Below are positions 59,614 through 64,000 of a stretch of 64,000 nucleotides of DNA, piece by piece; position 1 is the first letter of the stretch; each line of letters opens with the position of its first letter. Source of the stretch: Podarcis erhardii. Taxonomy: Eukaryota. The stretch lies in the NCBI GenBank assembly GCA_964252035.1, contig OZ176204.1; one strand, 5' to 3'. A model generated the notes under the pieces. The model had not been told where the DNA came from. It searched no databases and was given only the letters and a program-made list of their open reading frames with translations. The translations under genes were made by a program, and so were the position numbers.

Positions 59614-60227
59614 TGGAAAAAACAACTGGATTTGGTACCAAAGTCTTCCTCTAGTATATGCCAAAAATGAAGAGTTCCTTGGATCAGAATTTGAATTTCT
59701 AACTTTAATTTGTTTATCCTAATGGTGTCCAAACCAAAGTTGGGTTTCTTTCTTTCAAACTCGGCAGGATAGCTGGCCAACTTTACCATGGTTTGTTGTT
59801 GGGTTAGGAACCCTGGCTCATTTAGATCAACTAGCTTGGCTCCTGGATTTGGGATGGCACATAAACTAAGCTTGATTACAACTTCCTGTTTTGCTTCTTT
59901 CACTCATTGCATGGTAGAAGCAACATGGGAGTGATTGAAATGTGTGCATGAGTACCCTGTGTATTCCCAGCAAGCCATACAAATCCAGCACCCTGGCTTA
60001 CTGGGAACATACTAATGCAACCACTGCCTCCTAGAAACCCTTTTTAGATGACCCCACGCTGGCTCTGTAGCAGCTATTTAGTCCATTCTAGTTTCCTCTA
60101 CACAGGCCATACATCAAAGGAGTGCAAAGGAGTGTTGGAGTCACTCCCGCCCAAAAGTCAAGCAGACCCATATGGATAAGGCAGGTACATGTGGATGAGC
60201 TCTTGCCTTGATGATGATGATGATGAT

Positions 60228-60402
60228 TAATTACTTATACCCCAACAAAAGATTAAAAATACATTAAGACACCAGTCATTAAAAACTTCCCTAAACAGGG
60301 CTGCCTTCAGATGTCTTCTAAATGTCAGATAGTTGTTTATTTCTTTGACATCTGATGGGAGGGCGTTCCACAGGGCGGGTGCCACTACCGAAAAGGCCTT
60401 TG
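60228..60402 (-). mobile_element. L2 LINE 3' end
   Basis: KAFSVVAPALWNALPSDVKEINNYLTFRRHLKAALFREVF is the L2 ORF2 C-terminus. It is followed by an (ATC)n tail. Confidence 0.85.
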
Positions 60403-62505
60403 ACTCCCTAAAACCAAAGAACAACAAGGTCCATTCTAGGGAAATACCCCTTCAATCTCAAAGTAACGCCTCAGGGAGCTCACCAATGTGCATAATTTAA
60501 TATAACCCCTAAAGCCACGTTCCTGGAAAGTTTGGGTCCAGAGAAACTTTCTCTTCTATCTCACTTCCATACAGGTTTTGAAGAAGTGGTAATTTGCTAC
60601 TTTGTTGTTATGACAAAAATACTGTATATGGTTATAAAAATAAAAAAACCATCTGCTCCCAGCAACAATTTTATTTTATTTTTAAAAATACCATTATTGT
60701 CATGTTCCCAATGCTGATTTCAGTCAAGTCTTTAAAAATATTTATGTAAGAATGTAAGATTTATATAACTTTTTTGTATTAGTTTCCCCTTTTGCAGCAA
60801 CTGTCCCTGCTGGTGTATTTCTGTCCAGAATAATATTTTTATAATATTGTGGTCACTAGGAGTTTAATAGGAACAGTGAGAGTGTTGTTTGTGTAGTTTA
60901 CTAGAAAACAGCAGTCCCTTTGGGGCATCGCTTATCTACATTAGGAAAACAAAGGTGGATATATTTTGGTGGGCACACAACACAACACAACACCCACCCA
61001 CACCCTCCCTTCTGGTAAGAGCTTGTCTTCTATCGTTGGCTTTTAGCCCATACAACTGTAAGCAGGGTTTGGTTGTGTGTGTATTCAATATATAAACAAA
61101 CTGGAGGGAAGGGAAGGAAGAAACCTCTTAGATAATAATCACAAAAATGGTCCTGAACTTTTTCAGCATGACTGCCAAAAAGAAAACTAAACTAATCTAG
61201 GGACACTTGAGCAATTAAGCCTTGGTCAATTCTGATATGAAGTGACCTGATTCGCACCTCCCCAAACTAAGGGGCAAATAAGAATGTAGTTATTCACAGG
61301 CTTTTGCATTTCCAGATTGTTCCAACACATTTTTAACTCAAAACATGCATCCATCTTGGGTTTAGATTCCAAATGCCTCCATTGGTTCTAGAGGCACAGG
61401 ACAGGGGATGTTTTTTGGGGATTATTTAACTTCCTAAACCTATGTAACTTGGAAATTTACTGTCCCAGAAGGCATTGCTTCATTCATCTTCCTGTGCTGG
61501 GGTCTAAGATAGCCAGCATTTTTTTCATGTCACTAATTAAGGTGAGTGCCACTCAAGTGCACACTACAGGAAACATGCTTTGGTATGGCCTTTAACCTCG
61601 TGAACTGGGTGCAGGTTCCAGTGCAGAATCAGAGAGGCAAGTGAGGTATTAAATTCTTCTCCTGTCCGGGCATGTCACAAACCATCACTACATGTGTCAC
61701 TTGTGGCACCTATGCTTCAACTTGTTTCTTTGTGATTTAAGACTAAATTAAAAACTGACAGTCAAGTTGCATTTCTTCATACAGTAATTACACATTGTTT
61801 CAATTATTCAAGACCCACTCATTCACCATCTGGGATAGACATTCAGATAATCCCCTTTTTGTGAACTTTTTCTGCCACTATATAATGTGTTCAAGAAGAG
61901 AAAAAGGGAAAGAACACAGAAAGCAAAGGATGAGTTCTGAGAGTTCCTGGTGTCTTATTCCTTCATTTATCAGGTTGCCAGATTTACCAGTTCCACTAAA
62001 CTTATGCCTATCAGTTTGCTGTGCATGGAATGACTATCCTCTAGTCTCCAAGAGCAGGCAAACTTTTATGTTAGTGAAAAAGTATAAGTTGTGGAACTAA
62101 GCAATAATGAAGATTTCAGAAACAATCCTAATGCAGGCATTATGTATGTAACTATCTCTTATATATCTGTTACTTTCCCTATCACACTATTCACACCTTC
62201 CTGCCACAGGCAAGATTTAAGCATGATTTGTCTATGTACCAGAACCACTTTGTGTGCGTTCTTTGCTCTTTCTTGGGAAGCCTATTAAAATCATTGGCAC
62301 TGAAGTGCATTCCCTGGCTGGCTAGTGACAGTGATGAAAGTTAAACAAAACAGGAATTTGATGTTAACCATGCTAAAAGCAAGTCCATCTGAAGTTCAAA
62401 GAATGAAAGGAAGGGAAGGGTGGAGGATCTTCAAGGAAGTGGGAACCATACAGTCTTCCAAGAAAATCCAGAGCGCCAGCTAAGCAAAGCATCACCACAT
62501 TTAAA

Positions 62506-62537
62506 TAACAACAGCAACAGCAACAACAACAACAACA
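62506..62537. repeat. (CAA/CAG)n microsatellite
   Basis: Seen directly in the sequence. Confidence 0.9.
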
Positions 62538-64000
62538 CTAAAAGGATGCAGAGTTCCACCTCATAGGGATAAGTGAGAGGCATTTGGTTAGCATCATTCT
62601 AGTTTCGTTTCAAAGCCTTCCACTCCAAGCTTCTGCATGAGAAATGGCACCACCACCCTTTCTTTCTGAACAGCTGGTTTTCATGGGTTTCTAGCTTGGT
62701 GCAGCTTCCTGACACCTTGGAGGCTCCTTGGAGGCAGCAAGCATATAAGGTAAAAAGAAAAAAGGCAGGAGAAAATGAAACCACTCTTGTACCCATCTAC
62801 TTAAATTCACTTATGCTTGGCAATGGTTTTAAACTGGTAGCTTGACAGACAGCCGCTGCTGGCTTACACTGGAAACTGCCTAATTTAGTATGCCAACATT
62901 CCCTAACACATGTACATCCAAAAAAAAAGGCTTCTGTCACTTTCTTAGGATGCAATCATCTGTGGAAAAAAATTTGTAAACATTTTAGGGAGTGTTTCTG
63001 CAGTAAGATCTCGTTACTGTTAAATATAAGATCTCTCCAGAAAGGCAGATTGTGACTTGATTCCCTTTGATCAGGTACATTTATATATTAGAAAAATAAA
63101 GCAGGCAATCTGCAGTATAAAAAACATTCCTTCTAGCAACAATCACCTACAACAGAGGGAGGATACAATATATGGGCTGTATGTCAACTATCATACAGTT
63201 CAATCTTCAAAGAAAAAGTTGAAGAAAGAAAGGGATCAGACAGAAAGCAGACCCCCCTATAGCAGTGATGATGATACTGAATAATTGGAAGCCTTACAAT
63301 GCACCGTCCTCAAGAGCTCTGTGTGCTCTGAAGGAATATTTGTCTAAACAATTTCATTTGGGTTAATGCAATTATTGCATGCAGGCTCTCAACAAGGAGA
63401 CACACACAGAAGGATACAAAAAAGTATAACAAGTACAACCTTTGACCATGTTCACATGCCAATTGGACAGTTACGTCAATTTAATAAATCCTTTCTTTCC
63501 AGTGAAGGTGGGCTTTGGAGGTAGGCAATAGGTGGGGAACCTGTGGCCCCTCCATTGTCGGAGCGTCTGTCTCTAAATACCAGTTGTTATGAACTGTAGA
63601 TGGAGAGCTCAGGTTCAAGCTGTTGGGCTCAGGTTCTGCTTCAAATAATAATATTATTATCTGAATAATACTATCTGTTGTTGTTGTTGATGATGATGAT
63701 ATTTATACACTGCCCATCTGGCTGGGTTTCCCCCATGGGCATTTGGTTGGCCACTGGGAGTTCAGAACATTTCCAGCAACTACATGCTAGCATTTAGACC
63801 ACTCCCATACAGCTTCTGGCCATAGCCTGAAGGCAGTAGGTAGGGAACCATGTCACCACTGCCAGGAAAATGCTATCCCTTTCCCTACACCACCCCTTTT
63901 ATTGTAAGTGGGCCCTTCCATTCCCAAAGGAGAGTACATAGCTAGGTACGGAAGACAGGGGCCCACTGAAGGCAGCTGCTTTATCTACAGCCCTTGAGAG

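Larger units (their letters stand above)
31911..64000 (-). other. LHPP: Long last intron of LHPP (upstream exon lies outside the window)
   Basis: I found no exon resembling the preceding LHPP exon (GDDIVGDVGGAQ...TGKF) by eye. The orthologous mammalian intron is very long. Confidence 0.75.

Noticed and set aside
31911-64000. Further canonical LHPP exons or the NKX1-2 homeobox
   Set aside because: I found no GDDIVGDVGG-like or homeodomain translation by eye. They probably lie beyond the window, although a short exon could have been missed.

Overview
Vertebrate (squamate) genomic DNA, AT-rich and mostly non-coding. The repeat content (Sauria SINE, MIR-derived Squam3-like SINE with a (CTT)n tail, BovB, CR1, L2, many hAT and Tc1/mariner MITEs) points to a lacertid lizard. 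The window holds the convergent 3' ends of two genes. On the + strand is the last coding exon of FAM53B (16054-16419, ending DGELDIEQIENN*), preceded by about 16 kb of its last intron and followed by a probable 5-6 kb 3'UTR. On the - strand is the last coding exon of LHPP (31910-31814, RPCDEHHPEVKADGYVNNLAEAVDVILKQLHK*), with the rest of the window being its very long last intron. This FAM53B/LHPP tail-to-tail arrangement is the known vertebrate synteny. Most other ORFs in the track look like chance ORFs or repeat-derived ORFs. I see no prokaryotic-type system and nothing that firmly establishes a new biological system. The best leads are unannotated exon-like segments around LHPP (a candidate alternative terminal exon, an in-frame cassette exon and a possible antisense spliced transcript), a perfect 34-bp hairpin carried as MITE cargo, and several nested or adjacent transposon insertions with intact target-site duplications. 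All family names come from pattern recognition, not from database searches.
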